64,000 nt of DNA from Octopus sinensis (Eukaryota): assembly GCF_006345805.1 (NCBI RefSeq), contig NC_043000.1, forward strand, positions 70,122,001 through 70,186,000, in the 5' to 3' direction. Made by a program: the position numbers and the translations under genes. Shown here in pieces: positions 14,417 through 28,510 of this stretch. Numbering within the stretch: position 1 is the first letter of the stretch; every line of letters starts with the position of its first letter. The notes beneath the pieces were generated by a model. The model saw nothing but the letters and a program-made list of their open reading frames with translations. It was not told the DNA's origin and made no database searches.

Positions 14417-14544
14417 TTATCGACCCCGAAAGAATGAAAGGCAAAGTCGACCGCGGCAGAATTTGAACGCAGAACGTAGTGACGGGGGAAATACAGCTAA
14501 GTAGTTTGCCTGGCGTGCTAACGAGTCCGCCAGCTCTCGGCCTT
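14417..14544 (-). mobile_element. SINE family 1, 5' half
   Basis: ATCGACCCCGAAAGAATGAAAGGCAAAGTCGACC...GAATTTGAAC...CCGCCAGCTC. Confidence 0.8.
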
Positions 14545-14573
14545 AATAATGATGATGGTGATGCTGATGATGA

Positions 14574-14607
<34 letters not shown>

Positions 14608-14699
14608 GGTGGTCGTCGTCGTCGTTGTCGTGTAATCTATTTGTCTCTTCCACCAAAATTTCAAGCTTTCTGCTTCTAGTTGAAAAGATTATTATCAGA

Positions 14700-15560
14700 C
14701 AAGAAAAATTTAATTTGTGTAGCTGCAGTAAGTATTGGTGAACGGATGAATGCAAAACATCGATCAAGTAAGAGCCCGCGCAAAATCAACCAAGACTAAA
14801 GTATTACTCTGGATCGAATGAAACTCAGCTCTACTGCTACATTCGAAGAAATACAATGAAAATATTAACACCAAATGAGGGTGAAAATAGGAATTTTAGG
14901 ATTACTCATGATGAAAATGCAGAATGCAGAAAAGCGAAACCAGCCACTATAAGTGAGAACGATGTCCTGCAGCAAGAATAATTTTAGCAACTTGAAAAGA
15001 TGCAGCCCAAGAATTTTAAATGAGGCGCACGGTAAAATGGGGAATAAATCATCTAAAGTTCTAATACAAGAAAGTATATCAGAGTGAATAGTTGAGAGAC
15101 GAGTATCTTTGAGTATGAAAGATCCAACGACAGGAAATACGATAGAAAATTGTTGATCATTCACCTGTCTCGATCTGTTTGAAAGTTACTAACCTTCATT
15201 CCTTTTTTCCTCATAAAAAAAACATAATCATTTGATAGAAAACTAATTACTATCAATTGAACAGAAGAGCAACAAGAAACTCAACAGTAATAAAGCGTAT
15301 CTTGGTCATTTACAGTATGGCAATAAAGAACTGGAAGTGTCGACAGACCGATTTGCAGATGGCAGGAGTCGACTTCTAAAGGGTCTTCATCATGATACCA
15401 CGTTCTTGGATTGTGGGGTCATTTACAATGTTTGCTATAGCAGAAAAACTCATCAACATCTTCAGTGCTAGTGTGACATATCGTACTTGACATATTGGAA
15501 AGCGAACTTGGTGGTGAACATGAAATCACATGAAAATTTGGTTGTTAAAAGAGGTGATAC
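14700..15560 (+). mobile_element. Decayed Dong RT (upstream part), interrupted downstream by a mariner
   Basis: Remnants RRVSLSMKDPTTGNTIENC*SFTCL (about 15095-15170) and MAIKNWKCRQTDL (about 15317-15355). Confidence 0.55.
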
Positions 15561-15745
15561 CCTGTTTCTCTCCAATGTTATTTGTTATTGTAGTAATACC
15601 AATAACAATACCATTTAGAAAAGTCAACATGGGCAACAAGCTAGGGAGAAAGGAAACATGAACCTTCTCTAAATTATCTATTCTTCATGGTGACTACAAA
15701 GTCAGAAAAATAAATCAATTCATTTCAGAATACTGTAAAAGTGTA

Positions 15746-17017
15746 CGAGGGTCAGCTAAAAAGTACATAGGCTGACCAAGATACTCTCAAGGAATGTGAC
15801 AAATTAGGTTTATTTTTCGACCTAGTTCTTATTGCAGTCCACACATTTATTCCATCGGTGTCGCAATGTTTGAATCTCTTTGGTGAAAAAGCTTTCAACC
15901 TGTTGGTAGGAAAATGTGATCAACTAGATATGACGTCATTTTCACTGCGACGCTGGTTCCCAACCAAGAATTTTTACATGTTGGGGAACATATGATAGCC
16001 AGATGGGGCCAGATCAAAAGAATAGTGGGGCTGATCAGCCAATTCAAAGTCACAGTCACATACAGCAGCCATTGAAACCAAGGACTTGTTTGCTGAAGCA
16101 TTGTGTTGATGAAACAAGATACCATTCGTCAGTTTTCCTGGCTATTTGGTCTCTTCACAGCCTCTCATAACTGCCTCAGCAAGTTGGCACATAACTCTTT
16201 ATTGATGGTGTGGTCCTTTTGAAGATAGTCAATAAATGCAACTCGTTCTGCTTCCAAAAACAACGAGGCCATCACCTTCCCTGCCATTTAGATCAGATGA
16301 GGAAAGGTGTTCCCACTGCATGGATTGTCTCTTTCTCTCTAACTCAAAGTGATGAAGCCAACACCTATCCTGGATTAGGAAACACTTGAGGAAACCAGCT
16401 AGAGATGCCTGAAACTATGTCAGATTTTCCCATCATGTGATCAACTTGGTACACTTTAGATCAGGTATCAGAAAACATGACAGCCACTGAGCAGAAACCT
16501 CCGTCATGCCAAGTTCATTAGGTAGAACATTCTCTACTCTCACTCGGGATACGCTAATAGCATTGGCTGTTTGATTTTGTAATCAATCGTCTATCATCCA
16601 TCAGCATGTGGTGAACATGATCAATGTTCTCCTCCGTGGTGGCAGTTGCAGGACTTCTAGACTTTGGGTCACCGTCAAGACTCTTCCATCCCCTCCGAAA
16701 TTCAGCTTCCCATTTTTGCAGTGTTGATAAAGCTGACTTGTCAACCCCTAATGTAGCAATCATATCATCATGAATGTCCTTGGGGGTTAAACCCCTTTTC
16801 TGCAAGTACTTGCTTAACAGCACGACGCCAAATTTTGTCGGTTTTCAAGAGAACTCGTAACTAGTTACTTTTAAAGTCTTCTTTGAGCAGTTAGATTTTA
16901 GTTTAGTTGGAGAAAAACAATGTAGTTGTTAAAAAGACGTGTTGAAATTAATGCACGCAAAACTTCACAGCGCTAGCGCCATCATAGTTAGCTTATGAAC
17001 TTTTCAGCCCACCCTCG
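15746..17017 (-). mobile_element. Full-length (1272 bp) decayed mariner DNA transposon, irritans (Himar/Hsmar2)-like
   Basis: Imperfect ~31-bp TIRs (CGAGGGTCAGCTAAAAAGTACATAGGCTGAC and reverse complement CGAGGGTGGGCTGAAAAGTTCATAAGCTAAC), with TA on both sides. ORF 16554-16823 reads KYLQKRGLTPKDIHDDMIATLG...KWEAEFRRG..SLDGDPKSRSPATATTEENIDHVH. Confidence 0.92.
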
Positions 17018-17019
17018 TA

Positions 17020-17750
17020 TAACATTGATATTGGAAAGGGGTATACCAAAATGTGGAAAGAAGGATAGTGAATTTAGATGAATAATTTTATCAGAAGAAT
17101 GGATTGTAGATCCTAAAAGTGGGTGCAAGTATCTAGCCATACTGAAATTTGATATTATACAAAATGAACGAAGAAAAATTGAAAACAATGTATTTGGAAA
17201 GATAAAAGCCGGTATTGAGGTCCTAACTTAAATCAAGAATTTGATAAATGCGATGAGCACGTAGGCGGTTGCGGTCTTGCGTTATAATGAGGATTAGTGA
17301 AATGGACGAAAAATAAAAAATCCCTAAGAATGCATGGATCGCCTCATATGAATTGAGATGTCGGTTGTATATGAAGCAGAATGTTGGGGAGGGAGTTATT
17401 AGCATTTCGGATTGTGTGGATGGGGATCAAAGGTCAGCAAACCACTTATTTACAAAGACTGAAGAAGCAGTACTTAAATATGGTGTTACTTGCATTTCGA
17501 CTTGAAGGGAAGGAAGCAGCGAAAGAAAGAAAGCTCGAAAGAAATGTAGCAGCATGAAAACGTACACAGAGATACCAAGAATGTGAAAAATCACGACATA
17601 TTGTGGGAGTGACATCGGAATCGAAATAACAGGAGGGAAACAGAGAGTTTGTTAGTAGCTGGTCGAGATCAAACACTAATTCAGTGAACTGTGATAATCA
17701 TTCCACAACTTCAACGAATAAGTTCCGCCTGTGTAATCAGTGAGTGAGAA
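17020..17750 (+). mobile_element. Decayed Dong RT (downstream part)
   Basis: Remnants GCKYLAILK and NLINAMST*AVAVLRYN, plus a GRG-like/ISDCV segment near 17390-17420. Confidence 0.55.
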
Positions 17751-18199
17751 ATATTGGCCATATTAATATCAGGCTCAAATAAAAGTGATGGCATAATAAC
17801 GTTTGTTTGAATTTGATCATTTTGTAAAGCTATGGGTATAAAACATGGAGAAATAAAACAAATATGTACCGGAAAAGGCTCTGAATGAACATAATAAACC
17901 AAACATTCTATAGAATTTTGATATACTGACAGATTAATTAAACACCGTAGACTAGATAATATTACAGGACAGCGAAAACGAGAAAATAACTCGTAATAGA
18001 CGCTGCAATTCTTTCACATAAAAACGTAGCAGACAAAAAAAAAAGATTCGAAATATACCGAATTAAAAGTATAAATATCAGAATGCGCGAATAGCAACGA
18101 GCAAAAACCTAAGTCATACCAGTTTTTGTTGGAGTATTAGGTTTAAGTTATATAGACAAGACTATGAAAGAATCATATAACCTTGTCGGTACAGACAGT

Positions 18200-19400
18200 T
18201 TTCAGCAAGGACATTTGTTATTTCCAAGCGTAGAATACTTCTGAGGAAAAAAATACTATGATAGTGACACAATAAATCTACTGAACGAGAACGAAAGATA
18301 CTGTAGATTGGAAGCTGATAGCATAAACAATAGAACACTGAAAGACAAAATCAGAACAATATTTCCGAAAGATAAGGATACTAAAGTCTAATTTGAATGG
18401 TATAGATACCGCCACTGTCTTAAGCATCAGAATTATCAAATCAACAAAGGAAGATCGTGAGAACATTGACAGAAGGGCGGGGACTGCTGACAATGACAGC
18501 ACCTTACACCCACAAGCAGGAAGTACGATGCTGATAGTGATGAGGTGCTTTTGAAAGCAGGAAGAATAGTGGAGATATTAGCTGAAAGAAAACAATAAGG
18601 TTTGAACGAGGTTAAAAAGCAATTATTCGAATAGCAAAATGTACACGGAAGGAGTTTTTTGTATTGTTCAACATAAGAGTATCGAAATCAGAAATCGTTT
18701 CATGGTCTAACAAAGTGAGTATTAAGAAAGAGGTAGAAGGCTTAATCCTACATAAGCTGGATCACGTGACCAAAACTAGATAAATGAGGAGGAATATAGA
18801 TGAATAAGGCATCTCATCTGCATAGACTTCGTGGTAAAAGAGGGAAGATGGTTATACATGCAGTTTCCGAATGGAAAATACTTGCACAGAGGTTTTATAC
18901 GAACGTGACACATCACCGAGTTCCTTAAATAGTACATTTTCGAATCTATAAAACAAATATGCATTTGAGCATGTAGGAAAATGGTATGATCATAAAACAG
19001 AACATCTCCATGAAATAGCCATCTAAAGATGCTATGGGATAGGAGAATTTAAACAAATAAACAAACAGAATATTTACGCCCAGATGTCATATTAAATGTA
19101 GAAGAGTGTGTTGCTTTATCGATGGTGTTTACCCATTTTAAAGAGAGCAATAGGCACAGAACGTGAGAAAATAGAAAATTACCTGGCATTTCAGAGAATT
19201 TAAAATTGCCATGTTATCATTATTTCATTTACAAGAAGGAATTTAGGAAGACTTGCAAGATGCTTGATGGATGTTGATAGCTGAAATAAATGTCCTGATT
19301 CTAAACAAAGTGTGTTGGATTTGTATAGCAAGGAGTATAATAAAGATTCTAGATACCTAAGGTTTCTGGATGCAACTTGATACATAGCAAACCAATATCG
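18200..19400 (+). mobile_element. Decayed Dong C-terminal fragment
   Basis: IRILKSNLNGIDTATVLSIRIIKSTKEDRENIDRR (about 18373-18477), KKEVEGLI (about 18725) and CGKRGKMVIHAVSEWKILAQR (about 18830-18890). Confidence 0.5.
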
Positions 19401-19438
19401 GCAGAACAACAACCATATACAGAGTGGACGAAAGGAAT

Positions 19439-19459
19439 AATAATAATAATAATAATATA

Positions 19460-19548
<89 letters not shown>

Positions 19549-19632
19549 TAATATAATAATAATAATAATTATTATAATAATAATAATAATAATAATAATA
19601 TAATAATAATAATACTTATTATTATTATTACT

Positions 19633-19665
<33 letters not shown>

Positions 19666-19698
19666 ATTGTTGTTGTTGTTATTATTATTATCATTATT
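19439..19698. repeat. Compound (AAT)n/(ATT)n/(GTT)n microsatellite
   Basis: Directly visible in the sequence. Confidence 0.97.
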
Positions 19699-20920
<1,222 letters not shown>

Positions 20921-21104
20921 CTATTGCTGACCTCCTCACTATCTGCTGAATTTATTTACAGACCTGTAGAATCTGGTCCATTCACCAAGCTGCTACTCTT
21001 CCTCCTACTATTCCCTTCAACACTCACATATTTATGATTCTCTCAAGTACAAGACAACAGTTGAAACTAAACAACATTTAATAATACATTTTAATAATAA
21101 ATGG

Positions 21105-21168
21105 AAAGAAGAAGAAGAAGAAGAAGAAGAAGAAGACGAAGAAGAAGAAGAAGAAGAAGAAGAAGAAG

Positions 21169-21200
<32 letters not shown>

Positions 21201-21285
21201 GAAGAAGAAGAAGAAGAAGAAGAAGAAGAGAAGAAGAAGAAGAAGAAGAAGAAGAAGAAGAAGAAGAAGAAGAAAAAAAAGAAGA
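21105..21285. repeat. (GAA)n microsatellite
   Basis: Directly visible in the sequence. Confidence 0.97.
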
Positions 21286-21339
21286 CGACGACGGCGGCGG
21301 CGGATCTTGGAAAATAGCAACAGAGATAACGATGAAAAT

Positions 21340-22637
21340 ACAGTTCTTACTAATAAAAGTAATACCATAGCACAGGAAAAGAGCAGTGGTAGTTTAGTGG
21401 CGACATGACAGATGAACAAAGGGCAATCTACGACAGAATAAAGACAAGACTACAAAAGAACGATAGCGACATTATTTGCAACCTTAAAAAGGTTGACCGG
21501 TGGATGCTGAACCAAGAAATGAAGAACGTCAATGATATTCTGAAATACATCTGAACAAACAACATCACAGAAACAAATAACTTGATCAAGGCAGCAAGTA
21601 TTGTAGCAGAAAATGTGGGTGTTGATGTCAAGAAAAAGAAATACAATGGGAGTGACAAAAGGAAAGACCCATGGTGGAAAAGAGGAATACAGACAGGGTT
21701 AAATATGCTCTCGAAGGAAATCTCTGTGTTAGACTGAAAAGAGAAAGGGGAGCTTAAGTGAACAAAAATGCAGGGCACTGAAAAGGAAGTATAATATTGA
21801 AAGAAAGGGCCTGAAAGTGGTAATGGAGGAACTGAAGCAGCACCTTGTTGAAAAGACTGCAAAGTTGGTAAGATACGACCAAAGAATGAAGAGTTACCAC
21901 CAGAATAGGTTATTCAGAGTAGATCAGAGGAGATTCTATAAAGAAATTAATGGAGAGTGTACAGATGAAAACTTGATAACACATAACAATGAAAGTCAAA
22001 GTTTTTGGAGCGACATCTGGAGCAATGACAAGGAGCACAAGAAGGATGCTGAATGGTGCAGATGTACCAAGAATCAACTCCTGATAGACAAAACTGTACT
22101 TAGAGACTACAAAAGGAGGAAAATTAACTTAGCCATGTCATGGATCGACTATCCCTATTTGATATTGCATCGAATATTGAACGATTGCTTGGAAAAAGTA
22201 TGGCGAATTGGAGGACGGACTTGACAGGATACGGAAGAAGTTTAGGGACAGCAGAAAGCAGGAAGGGCATCTTCCACGGGAAGTGCCTGTCCCCACTGGT
22301 CTTTGTACTGTGCTTGATACCACTAACACTGATACTAAGGAAAGCAAAAGTTGGGTATGTATTCAAAAACCGCCAACAAAGAGTCAACCATTTGTTATTC
22401 ATTGATGATCTCAAACTTTATGGTAAAGATGCAGCCCAAGTCATTTCCCTCATTGATACAGTGTATACTTTCAGTGCTGATATCAGAATGGGGTTCAGAT
22501 TGAGAAAGTGTGATGTGTTAGTCTTGAAGAGAGGCAAAATCAAATGTATGGACATACTATCGATACTATCGGGGGAGGTTATGAAACAGATAGAGGAGAC
22601 GGGCTCTAAGTACTTGGGATTTTGGAAACGGTGGAAT
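21340..22637 (+). mobile_element. R4/Dong-like RT fragment with internal deletion
   Basis: LKQHLVEKTAKLVRYDQR..QNRLFRVDQRRFYKEING, KGIFHGKCLSPLVFVLCLIPL, VNHLLFIDDLKLYGK, KYLG. Confidence 0.85.
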
Positions 22638-22638
22638 G

Positions 22639-22685
<47 letters not shown>

Positions 22686-22687
22686 CA

Positions 22688-22772
22688 AGCACATACCCAA
22701 GGCACACAGAGCTGCGCTCGGTAGTGAAGTGAAAGCACGCTATAAAAATAAAACTACTGAATAATAATAATA

Positions 22773-22813
<41 letters not shown>

Positions 22814-23434
22814 AATAATAATAATAATAATAATGATAATAATAATAATAATAACAACAACAATAATAATAGTAATAAATGCCCTGATGCAGTACCAGAC
22901 AGTGGCTCTCATGGCTTCTGATCTTAACTGATTAAAAGTGTTATCATGTACATTGTTTTGTCTTGGTATAAAAGATGGGTCACAGCAAATATTCTGCTCA
23001 ATACCACAGATTTGCTTGTCACTTGTTTCACCTTAACCAGTTGAACATGTCCATTAGTAGCTGACGATATGTGCATCTCTGATCACAAGCAGAAGTTGTT
23101 GGGGAGCATCCTTACCATGTGTTGAGAATAATTCTTTGGGATTCGGATAATTCACCTCTGGAAACATAGGTGTTTCGTTCAACATCCTTAAACAACCCTT
23201 ATTCAGGGACCTTTTGAGTGGGATGGGCTACTTGAGCTGAAGAAAATTCTAACTGGACCCCACCTGCAAAGTCATACGCTGTTTATCTTGCTATGAACTC
23301 ACTATGTCATGCACATATGGCCATGCTGCATGTGCTTGGGGCACCCTTATCAGACGAGTAGTCGTGATGGGTATACAGGGCTTCGTATATTTTACCCCAG
23401 TGTCACTTTGATGACTTGCACTGCTCTCTCAATC
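22688..23434 (+). mobile_element. 5'-truncated Dong family C 3' UTR including the internal (TAA/TGA)n (copy 4)
   Basis: Reverse-complement match to 19699-20435 across both UTR parts and the shared microsatellite. Confidence 0.88.
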
Positions 23435-23448
23435 AATCAATAATAATA

Positions 23449-23496
<48 letters not shown>

Positions 23497-23529
23497 CAAC
23501 AACAACAATAATAATAATAATTAACGCCA

Positions 23530-25540
23530 ATAATTATCCTCTTTATTTGGGTACTTTTACAGAAGTGCCGGCGGTCCTTGATTCACAGAACGAGGAACAT
23601 TCCAGTTCTACTGCTAGTTGCATTAGGTATCTGCCAAGACGTCTTCTAACAAGTTTGATATATAAAACTAAAGCTAGTAAAGTAGACCATTGAAAGCAGG
23701 TGATTTGCCCTAGAATGCAGTTAACCATCAATCGCCGTATTTAAACGGCTCTGATCGACTTCGTTTCTCATGACGAGATGTCACTAAAACCGTCCTGCGT
23801 TCTTGTCCACCTCTCGTCACGAATAGTCCAACAAAGGGCTACAGAAAAATCGAAAGCATCTGCTTGCGGTCGAATAACATGTACCCGCTGCGGTCCACCA
23901 AAGGCTGAACTGTTGCCATGTTGCACATCCACCAACCATGTTCGCCTTAGCTTTGACAATGCGGTCTCCATGTTGAAGAATTGTTCGAGAGCTAATCTTT
24001 CTGCGAACACGTCAATTTCGATGCTTTTCTTCAGCGACTCTTCTAAATTCTTAAATCCCCCCTCTACTCTAATTTCATCTATCACTATAAAATATATAAA
24101 CCTTATCCATTTAACTCCTTTTCATTAATCACGACTCTGTAAGCTTGGCGCGCCGGGAACATGTTCAGCTTCCAGTGAGAGGGTACAGTTCACATGGTAC
24201 TTTCAGACAACTAGAAAACTCTAAGCAAGATAGGGAAACTTTTGCACTCCACCACCCGGCAGTATTCGAAACGAGCATCTCAGAGGGAATTTAAATCGCC
24301 CATTATCATTAAAGATCGGGCTTCCCATGAAAATTACTAGATGACTGAAGAAATCTGGGTGTAGATGACTACTAGTCTGTCAGTAACCCTTCACTGCTGT
24401 TTACGTCCTAGACCACCAAGTTACCTTCTGGATTCATGAAGATATTTCCTATAGTGAGATTCAGACACTTCCAAAACAACACAGCCACTCCGCCTCTCGA
24501 TTTTTTGAGATGTGTCCGTTTCGTATCCAGTGAAAATTATGGTCACGCTGATGGCCCCCATCCAGTGACTTGAGGTCGTTGAATGGGGTGGCTCTACTTC
24601 CGTAGCGACCCCGAGTTTCTTTCATTTATACTGCCTATGCTAAGTAAGTCCATATTATATTGAATTTGTAAGGTAAGAAAGGCCCACTTACCTTATTCCT
24701 GTAAAGAGACAGGCATTCCGTCCCATTGACTGGTTATGGGTGTTTCCACAATCAGACCTTTAAACATTCTTTTCTTTATATTTTCCCTGAAATATCCTAC
24801 ACCACTGGGATATTCATTTTTAAAATGCTGTATGCTTTGTGTATTTGGATGATTTTTATGCGTGCAGGAATACTATTAGCAAATGTAACATAGTTATTGT
24901 GTTTGATGCTTGAACATTGGTGTGTGTGATCCATTAGATTTTATTGCTCGTGTTAATTATCGTGTAATTATTGTTTTTGTTCATGTTGGAAAATTTTACT
25001 GTTGGTACGTGTGTGAATTAGGTTTTGCTTCTAAGGTTGGTATCTGTGAGAATGGTGGTGGTGCTGCTGGTGATGAAGATGACGGTCTTAATAGTTCTGA
25101 TGTAGCTGCTAAGGGTGAGGCAGTCTGTGTATCGTTGCTCGAAAACAACTCCTACATTTATTATATCTCCCAGTTTTTTTTTCTTTTATCGTTGGCATAT
25201 TATTGCTTTTATTTTCATTTTTCTTTCCATTAGTAACTGTTTACCATTTAGGCATTATCTTCACCTTCACCACATGACATGCCTACGTGGTGTGATTTGG
25301 GGAGTGATATATCTTGGGGGTTTGTGGTTTTGCTCTGTTATTGGTACTTCTGTTGTTCTTTTGGGGTTTTCTGTTCTTGTTGTCATGTTATCCATAATAA
25401 TAGTGTATCTTCTATTGTTTCGATTGCAATTACCTCCATTGTCCATATTGTCGTCGCCGTTATTGGTGTTGGTGCTTCTTCTAGTCTTGTAGCAGGTGCT
25501 GCTATCATTGTTGCTATGGTGTTTTGAGGATTGAAAGTTC
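23530..25540 (-). mobile_element. Old decayed Tx1/L1-like LINE (endonuclease region, probable ORF1 remnants)
   Basis: Minus strand RGGVAVLFWKCLNLTIGNIFMNPEGNLVV aligns by eye with GGGTAVLFRKSLNVKVRTIFLDPEGRLVV of the 32556-33212 ORF, and ALEQFFN resembles MALDQHLN. Confidence 0.6.
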
Positions 25541-25560
25541 AGTGGAGTCAGAATATTTTC

Positions 25561-25850
25561 TTAGAAAATCACTTTAGATTGTTCGTTAACATTACAATCG
25601 TTTGGAGTAGAATATCTGACAATTTCAGTTGATGCAGTGTTATTGTACCTGATTTCATGGCCGTACCCATGAAATCTATCGCTTAACTTTTCTGTTGTGC
25701 AACCAATATAAATCAAATAGTGTTTGACGCATTCAGCTACGTACAACAAATGGGGATTGTTACAGTACCACCTTTTGTATAAATTGTAACATTTCTTGTA
25801 GAATTTGTAATGGAAACGACCTGACTCATACTTTTTCACAGTAAACAGAG
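25561..25850 (-). mobile_element. Penelope-like GIY-YIG endonuclease fragment
   Basis: LLYVAECVKHYLIYIGCTTEKLSDRFHGYGHEI fits the GIY-YIG pattern Y...C....YIG.T...L..RF. Confidence 0.65.
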
Positions 25851-25961
25851 ATTACTTATCTTGCGAAGTCAAATCGAATGATCGAACATTAAAAACAAAA
25901 ATAACAAAACAACAGGAAGTGCTCAGTAAATGTGGAAAACAGAGACGGTTTTACAAATGTA

Positions 25962-26044
<83 letters not shown>

Positions 26045-26051
26045 ATATATA

Positions 26052-26454
26052 GGCGTAGGAGTGGCTGTGTGGTAAGTAGCTTGCTTACGAACCACATGGT
26101 TCTGGGTTCAGTCCCACTGCGTGGCACCTTGGGCAAGTGTCTTCTTCTATAAGCCTTGTGAGTGGATTTGGTAGACGGAAGTTAAAGAAACCCGTCGTAT
26201 ATATGTATATATGTATATATATATATATGTATGTGTATATGTTTGTGTGTCTGTGTTTGTCCCCCCAACATCGCTTGACAACCGATGCTGGTGTGTTTAC
26301 GTCCCCGTAACTTGGCGGTTCGGCAAAAGAGACCGATAGTATAAGTACAGGGCTTACAAAGAATAAGTCCTGGGGTTGATTTGCTCGACTAAAAAGGTGG
26401 TGCTCCAGCATGGCCACAGTCAAATGACTGAAGCAAGTAAAAGAGTAAAGAGTA
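26052..26454 (+). mobile_element. tRNA-derived SINE family 2, full length
   Basis: A box TGGCTGTGTGG, B box GGTTCAGTCCC, internal (TA/TG)n, and tail GCTCCAGCATGGCC.CAGTCAAATGACTGAA..AAGTAAAAGAGT. It resembles Octopus SINEs as I recall them. Confidence 0.88.
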
Positions 26455-26478
26455 TATATACATACACACACACACATA

Positions 26479-27012
26479 CGAGAGTCAAAAATTATACGCG
26501 CTCTTGTTTTTTCAAAAGCAGGGGATAAACAAGTACGTCATTTTTCTATATAGTCTCCTTCCTTTTCGACGCACAAGCTTGCGTATTCTCTCCTAGAAGA
26601 ATGATTTTGGTTGATCGTGCAACCATTTATGCATCGCTTCTTCCACACCTTCATCCGTAAGAAATCAACGACCTCGTAAATTATCTTTGAGCGGTCCAAA
26701 GATGTGATAGTCGGAAGGGACGAGATCTTGGCTGTAGGCAAAGTGTTCCAGTACCTCAAAACCCAATAGGTTAATGGTTTCAAAGGTCTGGGTGGTTGTG
26801 TGTGTGTGTGCATTGTTACGCAACAACAAAACTTTCTTCGGCAATAGACTACAGCGTTTGGTGCGAACTGTTGGCTTCAGTTTGTTGGCCAGCAAAGCAC
26901 TGTATCTTGCACTGTTGATCGTACATTCCTTTTCCAGGTAGTCTTCTAGTATAGGCCCTTTTGAGTCTCAAAAGAGGGTTAGCATCACTTTTCCGCGGAA
27001 GACTGAGTCTTG
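26479..27012 (-). mobile_element. Mariner transposase C-terminal half plus right end, truncated at the RTE junction
   Basis: FKTQSSAEKVMLTLF*DSKGPILEDYLEK...VLLLRNNAHTH...EVLEHFAYSQDLVPSDYHIFGPLKD. TA-CGAG terminus at 26477-26482. Confidence 0.85.
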
Positions 27013-27014
27013 AA

Positions 27015-28027
27015 TTTTTTCTCTTTGCTGACGACTGCACCCTTAATGCAATCGATGAGCAGGAGATGCAGCTCGAGATGGACAGGTTCTCATCAGCCTG
27101 TGACAACTTCGGTCTCACCATCAGTGCCAAGAAAACCGAAGTGATGTTTCAGCCAGCCCCCGGCAAACAATACCATGAGCCTCAGATAAGGGTGAACGGA
27201 CGGATCCTACGAGTGGTGGAAAACTTCACCTACCTGGACAGCACTCTCTCCTGCAATGCCAACATAGATGCTGAAACCATCAACAGAATCTCCAAGGCAA
27301 GCAGCGCGTTTGGGAGACTGCGAAAGAAAGTCTGGGAGCGGAGAGGAATCAGCCTCAACACCAAGCTGAAAGTCTACCGAGCAGTCGTGCTTACCACCCT
27401 ATTATACGGCTGCGAGACGTGGACTGCTTACCGAAGGCACGAGCGCCAGATAAACCACTTCCATCTCAGGTGTCTTCGGAACCTCCTTCACATCCGCTGG
27501 CAGGACAAAGTCCCAGACACGGAAGTTCTGAAGCAGGCAGATCTCCCTAGCACCATCACAATCATGCGCAAGGCCCAGCTGAGATGGGCGGGCCACGTCT
27601 CCCGCATGTCCGACACTCGCATCCCAAAACAGCTCTTCTACGGTGAACTCGGCCAGGGCAGGCGCAAAGTCGGAGGGCAGAAGAAGCGCTACAGGGATAG
27701 TCTCAAGGTCTCTCTCAAAGACTTCTCCATCGGAACAGAGACCTGGGAGACACTTGCTGCCAACCGCTCATCCTGGCGCAGCGCAATCACCGTGGGAGCA
27801 GGGACAGCCGAAGAGGGACGGATTCGGTCAGCGGAGCAGAAACGTCAGATGCGTAAAGCCAGAGCCGCCTGCACCAGTAGCACGGCCCCTACCCACTTCT
27901 GCCCCACCTGTGGGAGGGGCTTCCTTGCCCGGATTGGCCTCACCAGCCACCTCCGGTCTCATGGCGCCAGTTCCATCAGATGATGTCAGTTGGTCATCTT
28001 CGAACCGAAGGACGAACATTATTATTA
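27015..28027 (+). mobile_element. Young 5'-truncated RTE/BovB-like LINE (RT C-half, thumb, C2H2 finger, 3' UTR)
   Basis: Uninterrupted ~320 codons LFADDC...GLTISAKKTEVMFQP...LRWAGHVSRM..RIPKQLFYGEL...CPTCGRGFLARIGLTSHLRSH. Tail GGTCATCTTCGAACCGAAGGACGAAC(ATT)n. The first ~18 aa of the listed ORF are read from mariner sequence. Confidence 0.93.
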
Positions 28028-28118
28028 CGCGTGTGTATGTATTGCAGAAGTAACAGACTGACTCAGGGTCCGAGGGTTTCGTGTGTTTTCAGTGCAAACG
28101 CACGAAACTCTCGCACCT

Positions 28119-28157
<39 letters not shown>

Positions 28158-28399
28158 AGAATAGAATAGAAGATATGAGTGTGTGTATGTATGTATGCAT
28201 GTATGTACATATGTACGCGTGTATGTAACTATCTATATATGTATCTGAGTGCGTATGCATGTATGTATGTATGTATGTATGTATGTATGTATGTATGTAT
28301 GTATGTATGGTTTAATCCATATCATGAGTCCGACAAAAATACATTTCGTTTCACATGAAGGTCTTCACAAGAAGGATTTACGAGTCTTTATATACTTAT

Positions 28400-28400
<1 letters not shown>

Positions 28401-28481
<81 letters not shown>

Positions 28482-28510
28482 GGATGGATGGATGGATGGA
28501 TGGATAGATA
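28401..28510. repeat. (GATA)n/(GGAT)n microsatellite
   Basis: Directly visible. Abuts the 3' end of Tx1 copy B. Confidence 0.97.

Noticed and set aside
23768-24128. Possible host exon (105-116 aa ORFs)
   Set aside because: The minus-strand peptide aligns by eye to the Tx1 ORF2 linker and sits next to decayed APE motifs.
26052-26130. tRNA gene
   Set aside because: A/B boxes are present but run into a SINE body found elsewhere in the window. It is a SINE head, not a tRNA.
26961-27014. N-terminus of the 340-aa ORF as a real start
   Set aside because: It is the antisense of mariner sequence (FKTQSSAEKVMLTLF) read through into a 5'-truncated RTE.
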